A DNA stretch of 64,000 nucleotides from Candidatus Eiseniibacteriota bacterium (GCA_963823555.1 CAWGMA010000004.1:1-64000); one strand, 5' to 3'; counted from the first letter of the stretch, positions 18,521-28,708 are shown. Translations and numbers: made by a program. The notes: generated by a model from the letters alone, not told the origin.

Positions 18521-19934
18521 CCGTCCTTGCCGCCACGGAAACCCCGCCCTCGTGCGGTGCCTGACGCCGACGCCCGGCCAAGGCCGCTCGTGGAACGGCA
18601 ATCCCTTCAGCGGTCGCCCGAGATTGATGACCCTGACTCTCGGCCCACCGTGCCGCTCGGCCGCCATCCATGCGTAGGTGAACGCCAAGCTGAAATGGTC
18701 TTCGCCAGTCCTGACGTACCGATACTTCTTCGCGCCCGTCTCCTCGTCCTCGTCCAGCACCTTGGCATCTGCCGCCATGTGTCGAGCGAAGATCTCGACG
18801 ATGGGCACGCGGCGCGGCAGGACGACCCTCTTGTCACGGATAGCCGCACGTGAAGCGTCGAGCGCCTCGGTGCGGTTCACCTGGACGGTATGCGCCTCCC
18901 GGTCCCACTTCATCTCGCCGCGCTGATGCTCGTTGAAGAAGCACATGAACACATGCCCACGGTGACGCTTGGTGAAGTCCCGGGTGGCATGGGTCTCGGG
19001 AAGGCCGTCGATCACACAGCGCGACACGCGGAAGCGCTTCATCAGGGCATCCAGGTCGCTGAACTCGTGACAGACGGCCAGGTGGACCAGGCGGACCTGG
19101 GGCGAGCCGTCGCCGTCCATGGTCCCGCTCTCGTGCCTCAAGATCACGACATGGAAGGCGCTCCCCGTGTCGATCCCGGCCCAGTACGTGCACTTCTGCT
19201 GAGCTTCCTCTTCCATCGTGTCCTCGCTGCAGAGAGCAAGCACGGTGGACACATCGAGGCGCCGTTCCAGGTCAGCCCACGCGATTCCGACCTTCAGGTT
19301 GTAGAAGCGATCGGGGAAGCGCGTCGTCCGATACTCATGAAGGATCTCGCCGGGGTCGACCTTGGCGCTGAACAACTGGCTGATGCGGTAACCGTGGATC
19401 GGGCGATCGGGATGCTCAGGCACCCACTCCCCCGCGGCGAGATCGAACTCGGCTGAGCACTTGGGACACGCACGGTAGAATGTGCCATCGGGTCTCGGCA
19501 GGATGACCTTCACTTCCTCGCCCAGCTTGGTCGGGAACTCTCGGTCAAGGGCCGTCCAGTGGCCACAGGCTGGGCACTTGAGGGTCCAGTGCCTCTGGTC
19601 CGACGCCTGGTAACTCTCATCGACGCCGTAGTCGGGCAGCGACGGGTTCGACAGTTCTATGATGCGCTTGTAGTCCGAGTGCGCGAGTCTCTCTTTGGCC
19701 ATCGCCTTCGCGTCGGGCGTCGCCTCATCCAACTCGTCGAAGACAACCATGTCCGCCGGGACCGACTTCATGCCGACGCTCGACTGCATCCCGCGCAAGT
19801 AGAGATGCGCCTCGCCGATCCGCTTGAGTCCGGCGGTATCGGTGTCGGTCATCATCTTCGCCAGGAACGGGTTGTCGGCTAAGAGCGGCGATACCCTCGT
19901 CTTCGAGAAGTCGATGACATCGGTGCGGGTCGGG
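18515..19934 (-). pseudogene. GpA-like phage terminase large subunit, 5'-truncated by an IS91-like ori end
   Basis: Frame open from PTRTDVIDFSKTRV; Walker B VVFDELDE, LSNPS, SDQRHW..CPAC, CPKC, GYRISQL, nuclease GIDTG, CVIDGLPE, DHFSLA; N-terminal Walker A region missing. Confidence 0.8.
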
Positions 19935-20401
19935 GCGCATAAGAGGTTTCATCGGGCTTTTGGCCTGACCTCAAGTGTAGGAGGGGGGATTGGGGAAGGG
20001 AAGGACGGTGTTGGGCGGGGGCGTGGTGGGTGCATGGCGCCGCGATGGCACGGCGGGGCGATGGCATCGGGCGTCGGTGGGCGCGGCGTACTGCGACCGC
20101 ACGGAGGTCTCCCATCACTCCGGCGGGATGCGCGGAGCGTCGCGGGGTTCGCTGCCGTTTTGGGGCGGGCCGGTGGTGGTGGCATGGCTTGCCCATAGCC
20201 CCGTCACCAGCGCGGGTGAGGTGTCACGACGGTGGCGGCCGGGCCGATGGAGACCGCGAGGCGGGGGGTGCGGGGCGCTCACCAACATCGTCCACGCGAT
20301 CGTGGTCGAGCGGCGCTGCCTCATCCCACATCTCAAGCGGGAGCTCGGTTGCGTCGGCTCGCGCCAGCGCTGGTGGTGTGGTGGGCAGGCGGAGATGGCG
20401 G
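19935..20401 (-). mobile_element. IS91/ISCR-like element, partial copy 1 (last part of tnp plus ori end)
   Basis: Near-identical to 25592-26058; ends ...GATGAAACCTCTTATGCGC on the minus strand. Confidence 0.9.
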
Positions 20402-20473
20402 GTACCTCCCTCCCCTCTCGGGATTTCGAGGCGCGACGGACCATTCTCCGTCTTGGAGCCACAGCATCCTTAC

Positions 20474-22792
20474 TCATGGCAAGGAAATCAGACGTGCAGC
20501 CGCTGACTGCCGCTTCCAGGTGATCCCTGCGAAGTAGGTCCCGGCCGCAGCGCGCCGTCCGCGAGCGTCACGCCCATCCCATGTAGCAAGATGCGTCCCT
20601 CCATCCAGCCGATCCGAGATCAGCGACCGGATGAGGCGCCCCTGGGGGTTGTAGATCCCGACTCGGACCTCTCCCGCCGATGGCAAGACGAATGAAAACT
20701 GGGCTCGGCCACCGTGCGCAACAACTCCCCCAACGGCGGTGATCTCCAGGCGCGGCACGCCCCCGACCCCAGGCTCCGGAGTGGGGAGCCCTGTCGTTGG
20801 CGTACACTGGAGGGGCAACACCTGCAGCCCTCCCTCCCAGCATGCCACGTAGACCGCAGACTCGCTGACGGCCACGTCGATTGCTTTCCCGGGAAGATCA
20901 GCTCCGCCGACGAACGCCGGCGCCTCTGGATCGGCCACGTCCACGACGTACAGCCCACCTTGTGAACCGGCCACATACGCAATAGACCCGTCAACCACTA
21001 CATCGTATATCTCCGTTGGTAGTTGGACCTGTCCTACGGCGAACGGGTTCGTAGGGTCCGAGATGTCGAAGATCTCGAGTCGTCCCCTACTCGAATAGAG
21101 ACCGGGCAAAGCTTCTGCCAGGTATAGGTGATTCCCGATAACGTCGACCCCGAGTGCTAGATATGGGAACTCTATTCCCGCACTACCGATGCTTTGCATC
21201 TTCCAGGGCTGAGATACGTCGTATACGGCCAGTCCCCGAAAGTCTGCAGCACAAAAGGCGACACCACCTCTCACAACCAATCTTTGCAACTGATCAGATG
21301 TCTGCAAGTGCTGTACAAGCACGGGCGAACTCGGATTCGCGATGTCCACGGCTATCAACCCCCCACCTGGACCGTTCGCGTACGCACCGAACAGGATGGA
21401 ACCCTCTAACGTCATGTTCGGGCAGCCCACGCCTGGCAGGGTTGACAACACGATCGGGTCCTCCGGGTTGGAGATGTCAGCCACTCGGAGATTGCCTCTG
21501 CCTTCGAAATAGAGGTAGGGAGCGCGCCATGCCATCCCCCACCCTTGATCTACGGGTATCTCGGCCAACACCGTGGGACCTCCGGGGTACTCGAGGTCTA
21601 TCACTCTGACTGCCCCGCCAGGGAACTGAGCATCCATCGTGTGCGCGTAGCGCCCATCGACCGCGACATTCACGGCCTCGTGCTGTACGCTCGCAAGCGG
21701 TGTCACCCCCTTCACCGATGAGATGTCGATCACATGGAGCCCGGTGTAGTAGTCCGCAAGGTACGCTCGATTCCCCTCCGCGGCGATGTCGATAGCCTCA
21801 AGGTCGACTGAGCTGATCGGGATCGGCGTGGTGGGGTCTGAGGGATCATAGACCCTCGTCCCTCGGCCGGTAGAAACGAGTACATGTCCCCCTGTCACCG
21901 CCACCGCACTTGGGGATAGCAGCGGGGCCAGCAGCGCGGCTCCCACTGGAAGCGGGTCCGCCGGATTCGACACGTCAATGACGAAGAGGCCCGCGCCCCA
22001 CCCCCGCACCGCCACATAGGCATAGGTCGTGTTCACGCCGTCCGCCGCCACGGTCAGCGCCACATCGATCGAACTCCCGTAATCACCGATGTCACCCGTG
22101 CCAAGCAAGACGGGCGCCCCGGGGTCCACCACGTCCACCACGTGCAATCCCGCGGACCCTCCGGCCACGTAGGCGAGGCCGTTCCGCACCATGATCCCCT
22201 GCGCCTCGCCTGGGAGGATGAGGTGGCTCTCCACAACCGGGGCCTCCGGCACCGACATATCGATGACGTATAGGTCCCCCGCATCCGCAGCCACAAAGGC
22301 GCGGCCCCCTTCCGAGGCCACCGCGAACAGCTGCTCCTGCAGCTCGATCATCCCCACCAGCCACGGGAACTGCGGCACCGCCACGTCGACGGCATAGACG
22401 GCTCCGAAGGTCCCGACGACGTAGGCGTACCGCCCGGCCACCGCCACGCTGACCGGAGTTCCCGGAAGCCCCACGCCTCCGACCACAAGAGGAGCCGACG
22501 GCGACGCCACATCGATGACGCTCAGCCCCTCCGCATGAGCCACGTAGGCCACTTCACCCTGGACCGCCACTCCTAGCACCGTTGCCCCGATCGGGGCCGT
22601 GCCCAACCAGTGGATGTAGGAGCCGTAGTCGACACCAGCGCCGAACCCCGGTCGGGTGGCGAGTGCGACCAAGAACGCGATCTCGCCCAGGAGCCAGCGG
22701 GCGCGCGGCCGCAAAGATCGTGGCTGGCAGGCGCCCTCAGGAACACGCCCATCCGGCCCCTCAGACCCTGCCAGCCACATCTGCGCATTCAT
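20474..22792 (-). CDS. Secreted LVIVD-repeat beta-propeller protein with FlgD-Ig C-terminal domain
   Basis: Many AYVA..GLxVIDVSxPxxP repeats; IYNPQGRLIR..WDGRDARG..GTYF. Confidence 0.88.
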   Translation of the reverse strand: MNAQMWLAGSEGPDGRVPEGACQPRSLRPRARWLLGEIAFLVALATRPGFGAGVDYGSYIHWLGTAPIGATVLGVAVQGEVAYVAHAEGLSVIDVASPSAPLVVGGVGLPGTPVSVAVAGRYAYVVGTFGAVYAVDVAVPQFPWLVGMIELQEQLFAVASEGGRAFVAADAGDLYVIDMSVPEAPVVESHLILPGEAQGIMVRNGLAYVAGGSAGLHVVDVVDPGAPVLLGTGDIGDYGSSIDVALTVAADGVNTTYAYVAVRGWGAGLFVIDVSNPADPLPVGAALLAPLLSPSAVAVTGGHVLVSTGRGTRVYDPSDPTTPIPISSVDLEAIDIAAEGNRAYLADYYTGLHVIDISSVKGVTPLASVQHEAVNVAVDGRYAHTMDAQFPGGAVRVIDLEYPGGPTVLAEIPVDQGWGMAWRAPYLYFEGRGNLRVADISNPEDPIVLSTLPGVGCPNMTLEGSILFGAYANGPGGGLIAVDIANPSSPVLVQHLQTSDQLQRLVVRGGVAFCAADFRGLAVYDVSQPWKMQSIGSAGIEFPYLALGVDVIGNHLYLAEALPGLYSSRGRLEIFDISDPTNPFAVGQVQLPTEIYDVVVDGSIAYVAGSQGGLYVVDVADPEAPAFVGGADLPGKAIDVAVSESAVYVACWEGGLQVLPLQCTPTTGLPTPEPGVGGVPRLEITAVGGVVAHGGRAQFSFVLPSAGEVRVGIYNPQGRLIRSLISDRLDGGTHLATWDGRDARGRRAAAGTYFAGITWKRQSAAARLISLP

Positions 22793-22807
22793 CTCGATTT
22801 CCTCGCG

Positions 22808-23142
22808 TCACCGCACGATGACGAACTTCTCGGTCCGGGTGCTCTCACCCACTCCCGTCAACCGAGCGAAATAGACACCGCTCGCCACGAGCATACCGCG
22901 CTCGTCGCGACCGTTCCACGTCACATCGACGACCCTTCCCTGGAGGCCCTTCGCCACCATCGCGACCTGCCGCCCTGTGACATCATAGATCGTAAGTTGA
23001 TTGGGACCGCCGCCGGCCGCATCCACCACGAACGAGGCTCCCGTCGACGCTCCTCTGCCGACAACCGCAAGCGTTGGAGATGGCACCGGTGCAGCAGCCA
23101 TCATGTCATCGCCGGCGGGCGAAGCCACCCTGAAGCCGCCAC
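22808..23142 (-). pseudogene. 3' fragment (FlgD-Ig domain) of a secreted protein cut by the IS91-like ori end
   Basis: IYDVTGRQV..VTWNGRDERGMLVASGVYFARL..KFVIVR*; begins directly at the ori junction. Confidence 0.8.
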
Positions 23143-24556
23143 GCGCATAAGAGGTTTCATCGGGCTTTTGGCCTGACCTCAAGTGTAGGAGGGGGGATTG
23201 GGGAAGGGAAGGACGGCGTTGGGCGGGGGCGTGGTGGGTGCATGGCGCCGCGATGGCACGGCGGGGCGATGGCATCGGCCCATCATTGAGCGCGGCGTGC
23301 TGCAAGGGCACGGAGGTCTCCCATCACTCCGGCGGGATGCGCGGAGCGTCGCGGGGTTCGCTGCCGTTTTGGGGCGGGCCGGTGGTGGTGGCATGGCTTG
23401 CCCATAGCCCCGTCACCAGCGCGGGTGAGGTGTCACGACGGTGGCGGCCGGGCCGATGGAGACCGCGAGGCGGGGGGTGCGGGGCGCTCACCAACATCGT
23501 CCACGCGATCGTGGTCGAGCGGCGCTGCCTCATCCCACATCTCAAGCGGGAGCTCGGTTGCGTCGGCTCGCGCCAGCGCTGGTGGTGTGGTGGGCAGGCG
23601 GAGATGGCGGAGGATCGAGGTCAGCACCTTGGGGTCGGAGATGAGGGCGAGGACGGCCATGGCGGAGGTGCAGCGGGGACAGCGCAGGGCGTCGATGTGG
23701 AACACGCGGCAGAGCAGCTGGGCCCAGGGGAGCGAGCGTCGACGGCGGGGCATGGTGGTGGCGGGCGCAGGCGCCGCAAGCGGCGCGGTCGGAGTGAGCT
23801 CGGCTTCGGGGTCACGGTGCGGCTGATCGCTGGCGGGTGGGCCCGGCGTGAGCGCGAGCGGTGGTGGTGGCGGTGGTGGTAACCGCGGGCGCCAGCGCGA
23901 GCGGTTGGCGAAGGAACCGTGATAGCGGACGAGATGGCTGTAGGGGGCGGGGACCAGAGCGGCGAGTCGGCGCAGGAGATCGAGGGGCTCGAGCACGAGC
24001 GCGGTCGCACCCTGGGCGTGGGGCCAGGGTCGGCGCAGGTGGTAGACGATGCGACCGTCGGTGCGGCGTGCGAGGCGGCCCTGGGCGAAGGGAGCGCGCA
24101 GGCCGTAGCGGCAGAGGCGCTCGAGGGCAAGCCGATCGCCGGCGGCGACGGCGTGGGCGGCGTGAAGGGAGAAGCCGGCAACCTTGGCGCAGAGCGGTTT
24201 GGGTTCGGGCTCCCGGTCTTCGGGAAGCGCGAGCTGGGGTGAGGGAAGGGGTGGTGCGACGGCGGCGGCGAGGTCGCTCTGGAGTGCGGCGGCGATCGCC
24301 TCGAGGAGCGCCGCGGTCTCGCTCTCGTCATCGGTCCGCCGCTCGATAACGGCGGTGAGGCGGCGGGCGATCTTGAGGGTGAGGGCCTCGATCTCGGCGG
24401 TGGTGGGTGTGGGGAGCGGTACGAAGTCGAGCGGGTCACCATCGGTGCGGGGGACGAAGAGCCCATCGGGGAGGAGGCAGTGAACGTGGGGGTGGAGGTT
24501 GAGGGCGCCGCCGAAGCGCTGGACGAAGGAGACCGCTCCCGACTGCCCGCCCGCGA
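23143..24556 (-). mobile_element. IS91/ISCR-like element, partial copy 2 (catalytic 3' part of tnp plus ori end)
   Basis: Near-identical to 25592-27007; homology stops at GACTGCCCGCCCGCGA; ORF 23433-24587 is an in-frame fusion with an 11-codon foreign start. Confidence 0.92.
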
Positions 24557-24583
24557 GCATGATAGCCAAGCGTGCTGTCGGCT

Positions 24584-25516
24584 TCATTGTCGTCCTCCCT
24601 CGGTCTTTATAGAAGCTTTGAGGGAAGTCAGCGAGACTGTCCTGCCAGGGCCAATAGCAGTTCCGTCGACCACTTCGTAGCGCCCTGCAACGCTCGCCAT
24701 TAACTCATACTGCGACGGATCGCGGCGCGACTGGCGAAGAAACAGCAAAGCACGCTTGCCCACCAAATCCCTAAGATGGCTAGCTTTAGCAACAACAGAT
24801 ATTACCGAGCCCGAGACAGAACCCGAAAGCACTTCGTCAATCCTACAGTCATAGAGAGTAGCGGATTGAGGCCTTCCTGCATCCAAAGGAGATCCGGTCA
24901 AGGGCGAGCATATGACGACAGCAGCAGCGCTCTTGGCCAATACCTCGGGGCTGAGACACGCCATATCAGCCATAACTCTTTCCTTAATATCCTCCTCGGT
25001 CAATGAGTTCCAACCCTTGACATGACTGGCTGCCATCCCACTTCCGTCTACTACGGCTCCGTTTCTAAAGCGAAAGTAGTGGCCATGGACCCGGTAACCA
25101 CCATGCACTCGATCCTGAGACAGGTAGACTAGTACTCGATCGCCCTCCTTATAGGAATAGAATATGAAGCCAACGATAAAATGACTTGTCCGCTTGCCGC
25201 TCTTAGGGTCACTTGTGGTTCCGCCTGGGGCGAAGACTGTTGCCATTGAACCGACCCCCACGTCTCCCTTGAGGGTCTCCTGGACTTCGATTTCGAACCG
25301 CGTATGGACTATCCCGCCGCCGCCCACGTCTGCTTCTACCAGTGCCTTGCTTCGGATGAGGCCGATTATTATGGCGTCAGCAGTCGCTGTGGCTAGCTCA
25401 TCTGCTAGTCTCCCGTGAGTGGCGATCGGCTCGTCTAGAGACGCGCAATCAAGAGAATCGGAGGCCACCGCTCCCTGGGCACATAGGAGAAAGAGAACTG
25501 CTAAAGTCCCTCGCAT
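24584..25516 (-). CDS. Secreted tandem TIMP/OB-fold-like hypothetical protein (cargo)
   Basis: RBS GAGGAG, signal peptide, two ADAIIIG..VQETLKG..GDRVLVYL-type repeats; visibly lower GC. Confidence 0.75.
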   Translation of the reverse strand: MRGTLAVLFLLCAQGAVASDSLDCASLDEPIATHGRLADELATATADAIIIGLIRSKALVEADVGGGGIVHTRFEIEVQETLKGDVGVGSMATVFAPGGTTSDPKSGKRTSHFIVGFIFYSYKEGDRVLVYLSQDRVHGGYRVHGHYFRFRNGAVVDGSGMAASHVKGWNSLTEEDIKERVMADMACLSPEVLAKSAAAVVICSPLTGSPLDAGRPQSATLYDCRIDEVLSGSVSGSVISVVAKASHLRDLVGKRALLFLRQSRRDPSQYELMASVAGRYEVVDGTAIGPGRTVSLTSLKASIKTEGGRQ

Positions 25517-25591
25517 TGTTACTCCTCAATCTCCACATCCAGAACGGCGTGCCAGTCATTCGACTCAGAAAGACTAAGCCCTGAGACCGAT

Positions 25592-27770
25592 GCGCATAAG
25601 AGGTTTCATCGGGCTTTTGGCCTGACCTCAAGTGTAGGAGGGGGGATTGGGGAAGGGAAGGACGGCGTTGGGTGGGGGCGTGGTGGGTGCATGGCGCCGC
25701 GATGGCACGGCGGGGCGATGGCATCGGGCGTCGGTGGGCGCGGCGTACTGCGACCGCACGGAGGTCTCCCATCACTCCGGCGGGATGCGCGGAGCGTCGC
25801 GGGGTTCGCTGCCGTTTTGGGGCGGGCCGGTGGTGGTGGCATGGCTTGCCCATAGCCCCGTCACCAGCGCGGGTGAGGCGTCACGACGGTGGCGGCCGGG
25901 CCGATGGAGACCGCGAGGCGGGGGGTGCGGGGCGCTCACCAACATCGTCCACGCGATCGTGGTCGAGCGGCGCTGCCTCATCCCACATCTCAAGCGGGAG
26001 CTCGGTTGCGTCGGCTCGCGCCAGCGCTGGTGGTGCGGTGGGCAGGCGGAGATGGCGGAGGATCGAGGTCAGCACCTTGGGGTCGGAGATGAGGGCGAGG
26101 ACGGCCATGGCGGAGGTGCAGCGGGGACAGCGCAGGGCGTCGAGGTGGAACACGCGGCAGAGCAGCTGGGCCCAGGGGAGCGAGCGTCGACGGCGGGGCA
26201 TGGTGGTGGCGGGTGCAGGCGCCGCAAGCGGTGCGGTCGGAGTGAGCTCGGCTTCGGGGTCACGGTGCGGCTGATCGCTGGCGGGTGGGCCCGGCGTGAG
26301 CGCGAGCGGTGGCGGTGGTGGTGGTGGTGGTAACCGCGGGCGCCAGCGCGAGCGGTTGGCGAAGGCACCGTGATAGCGGACGAGATGGCTGTAGGGGGCG
26401 GGGACCAGAGCGGCGAGTCGGCGCAGGAGATCGAGGGGCTCGAGTACGAGCGAGGTCGCACCCTGGGCGTGGGGCCAGGGTCGGCGCAGGTGGTAGACGA
26501 TGCGACCGTCGGTGCGGCGTGCGAGGCGGCCCTGGGCGAAGGGAGCGCGCAGGCCGTAGCGGCAGAGGCGCTCGAGGGCAAGCCGATCGCCGGCGGCGAC
26601 GGCGTGGGCGGCGTGAAGGGAGAAGCCGGCAACCTTGGCGCAGAGCGGTTTGGGTTCGGGCTCCCGGTCTTCGGGAAGCGCGAGCTGGGGTGAGGGAAGG
26701 GGTGGTGCGACGGCGGCGGCGAGGTCGCTCTGGAGTGCGGCGGCGATCGCCTCGAGAAGCGCCGCGGTCTCGCTCTCGTCATCGGTCCGCCGCTCGATAA
26801 CGGCGGTGAGGCGGCGGGCGATCTTGAGGGTGAGGGCCTCGATCTCGGCGGTGGTGGGTGTGGGGAGCGGTACGAAGTCGAGCGGGTCACCATCGGTGCG
26901 GGGGACGAAGAGCCCATCGGGGAGGAGGCAGTGAACGTGGGGGTGGAGGTTGAGGGCGCCGCCGAAGCGCTGGACGAAGGAGACCGCTCCCGACTGCCCG
27001 CCCGCGATGCCGAGCTCGCGGCCGCGACGGCGTTGCCAGGCGAAGACGGTGCGCAGGAAGGTGGCGAGAAGCGCGCTGAACAGCGCGCGGTCGACGGCGA
27101 GACGGAAGCGGAGCACCCAGGGAAAGGTCAGCACCCACTGGCGGTAGGGAGCCTCTGGGAGGAGCTGGTCGACGAGGAAGGCGGCGGTGTCGGCCATGCG
27201 GCGGCCAAAGCAGCTCGGACAGAGGCGCCCCTTGCAGGAGAAGGCGACCAGGCGTTCGCAGCCGCAGCGTGGACAGCGCAGGCGGGCAAAGCCGTGGGCG
27301 AGGATGCCGCAGTCGAGGTAGCGGCGGAAGGCGCGCTCGATGAACGGCGGGTAGCCCTCGCCGTCGTGGCGGGAGCCGGCGGCGAGGAAGGTCTCGAGGT
27401 GCTCGCGGACCACGGTATGAAGGACGGTGGACTCGGGTTCGCGGCGGCGGTAGGCGGGTGGGAGTGGAGCCCGAGCCGCGCCCGGTCGGTGCTCGTAGGC
27501 GAGCGGGGGGAGCGCGGTGGTGGCGGATGGAGTGCGGGTGCGTGAGCGCCGGGGCCGCTTCGGAGCGGCGGCCATGTCCCGCCGTCAGGGCAGGATCGGT
27601 GCCGGAGAGCGTCGGGCCGGGCCTCAGGCGCGAGGCAGGACGGAGTCAGCGCGCGGCGGCGAGGTCAAGCCCCCGAACGATGTCATCGCCCGCGCCCGCA
27701 CCCGCGCTACCCGACAACCCCGTGGCCACAACCGTCCACGGGTGATCAGCCGCTCATCAGCCTCGTATCT
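25592..27770 (-). mobile_element. IS91/ISCR-like rolling-circle element, apparently full-length; ter-end position approximate
   Basis: Complete transposase plus about 290 bp of 3' non-coding DNA ending in an ori-like TGAAACCTCTTATGCGC. Confidence 0.85.
25881..27575 (-). CDS. IS91/ISCR-family HUH transposase
   Basis: YLDCGILAHGFARLRCPRC..AFSCKGRLCPSC zinc domain, RQWVLTFP, QRFGGALNLHPHVH (HUH), GFSLHA, LCRYGLR (single Tyr), WAQLLCRVF..CPRC. Confidence 0.93.
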   Translation of the reverse strand: MAAAPKRPRRSRTRTPSATTALPPLAYEHRPGAARAPLPPAYRRREPESTVLHTVVREHLETFLAAGSRHDGEGYPPFIERAFRRYLDCGILAHGFARLRCPRCGCERLVAFSCKGRLCPSCFGRRMADTAAFLVDQLLPEAPYRQWVLTFPWVLRFRLAVDRALFSALLATFLRTVFAWQRRRGRELGIAGGQSGAVSFVQRFGGALNLHPHVHCLLPDGLFVPRTDGDPLDFVPLPTPTTAEIEALTLKIARRLTAVIERRTDDESETAALLEAIAAALQSDLAAAVAPPLPSPQLALPEDREPEPKPLCAKVAGFSLHAAHAVAAGDRLALERLCRYGLRAPFAQGRLARRTDGRIVYHLRRPWPHAQGATSLVLEPLDLLRRLAALVPAPYSHLVRYHGAFANRSRWRPRLPPPPPPPPLALTPGPPASDQPHRDPEAELTPTAPLAAPAPATTMPRRRRSLPWAQLLCRVFHLDALRCPRCTSAMAVLALISDPKVLTSILRHLRLPTAPPALARADATELPLEMWDEAAPLDHDRVDDVGERPAPPASRSPSARPPPS

Positions 27771-27786
27771 CCCGGGCTCAGTGCGG

Positions 27787-28668
27787 CTACCTGCGTGAAC
27801 TCCCCCCGCCCTCGCTCCGCACGAGCTCCCGGACCGCCTGCCGCACCGCCTCCTGGATCGATTCCGGTACCACCGGGGTCGCCGTCGTCCGGCACAGAGC
27901 AAGCGTGCGCTTGAGCGAATCGCAGGCGGCGCGGCAACGCGGGCAGGCGGCGATGTGACGCTCGAGCTCGCTGCAGAGCTCGGGCTTGACATCACCCTCC
28001 ATGTTCTCCGACCAGAGCTGCAGCACATCGGGGCAGGTGCCGCCGCCGAGCGCGGGCGGTTCTTCCGCACCCGCCGCGAGCAGGGGCGCGATCTCCTGGC
28101 GTACTGCGACCCGGGCGCGGTGGAGTCGGCTCTTCACCGCGTCCACCGAGAGATCCATTACCTCGGCCACCTCGGGAGCGCTGAGGCCCTCGATGTCGCG
28201 GAGGACAAGCACTTCGCGATACATGGGATCGAGGGTGCCGATGGCTTCCTCGAGCGCGTTCCGGATCTCGAGTTCGGCGAGCTCCTCGTCGGGTCCGCGC
28301 GACGGATCGGCGAGCGCGCGGGCTTCCCCGGCGATCCCAGCTTCGCCGTCGAGCGACTCGACCTGCTTGGGTGCGAACTTGCTCTGCCGGCGCTTCTTGA
28401 TGCAGAAGCTGCGAGCGACCGTCCACAGCCAGGTCGAGAGCGAGGAGGCGCCGCGGAACTCCTTCACGCTCCGCGCCATGGTGAGGAGCGTCTCCTGCAG
28501 GATGTCCTCGGCATCTTCCGTGTGCCGGCACATCCTCATCCCGAAGCGGTAGATGCGCGGCTGATAGCGGACGAGCAGGGTTTCGAGCGCCTCATGATCA
28601 CCGGCCCGGGCGCGAGCCAGGAGCTCGGCGTCCCCGGCACCCGCCACGTTCTTCCCGGGCTCGCTCAC
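27787..28668 (-). CDS. ECF sigma-70 factor with fused C-terminal zf-HC2 domain
   Basis: DAEDILQET, STWLWTVA, VLVLRDIEGLSAPEVAE..VKSRLHRAR, HIAACPRC; start uncertain (GTG 28668 or ATG 28710). Confidence 0.88.
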   Translation of the reverse strand: MSEPGKNVAGAGDAELLARARAGDHEALETLLVRYQPRIYRFGMRMCRHTEDAEDILQETLLTMARSVKEFRGASSLSTWLWTVARSFCIKKRRQSKFAPKQVESLDGEAGIAGEARALADPSRGPDEELAELEIRNALEEAIGTLDPMYREVLVLRDIEGLSAPEVAEVMDLSVDAVKSRLHRARVAVRQEIAPLLAAGAEEPPALGGGTCPDVLQLWSENMEGDVKPELCSELERHIAACPRCRAACDSLKRTLALCRTTATPVVPESIQEAVRQAVRELVRSEGGGSSRR

Positions 28669-28708
28669 GGCGCTCCCCCCCTCGTCCTTGCCTGCTAGGA
28701 TACGTCCC

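Noticed and set aside
1..19934. Intact prophage
   Set aside because: No portal, capsid, tail or lysis genes in the window; only terminase and integrase remnants.
342..25516. Integron cassette array
   Set aside because: No attC-like GTTRRRY/RYYYAAC repeats were seen between cargo genes, and no IntI-type integrase is present.
26307..26332. GGT/GGC repeat (poly-Pro tract) as a phase-variation switch
   Set aside because: Copies 2 and 3 differ by one in-frame triplet in a linker; no frame change.
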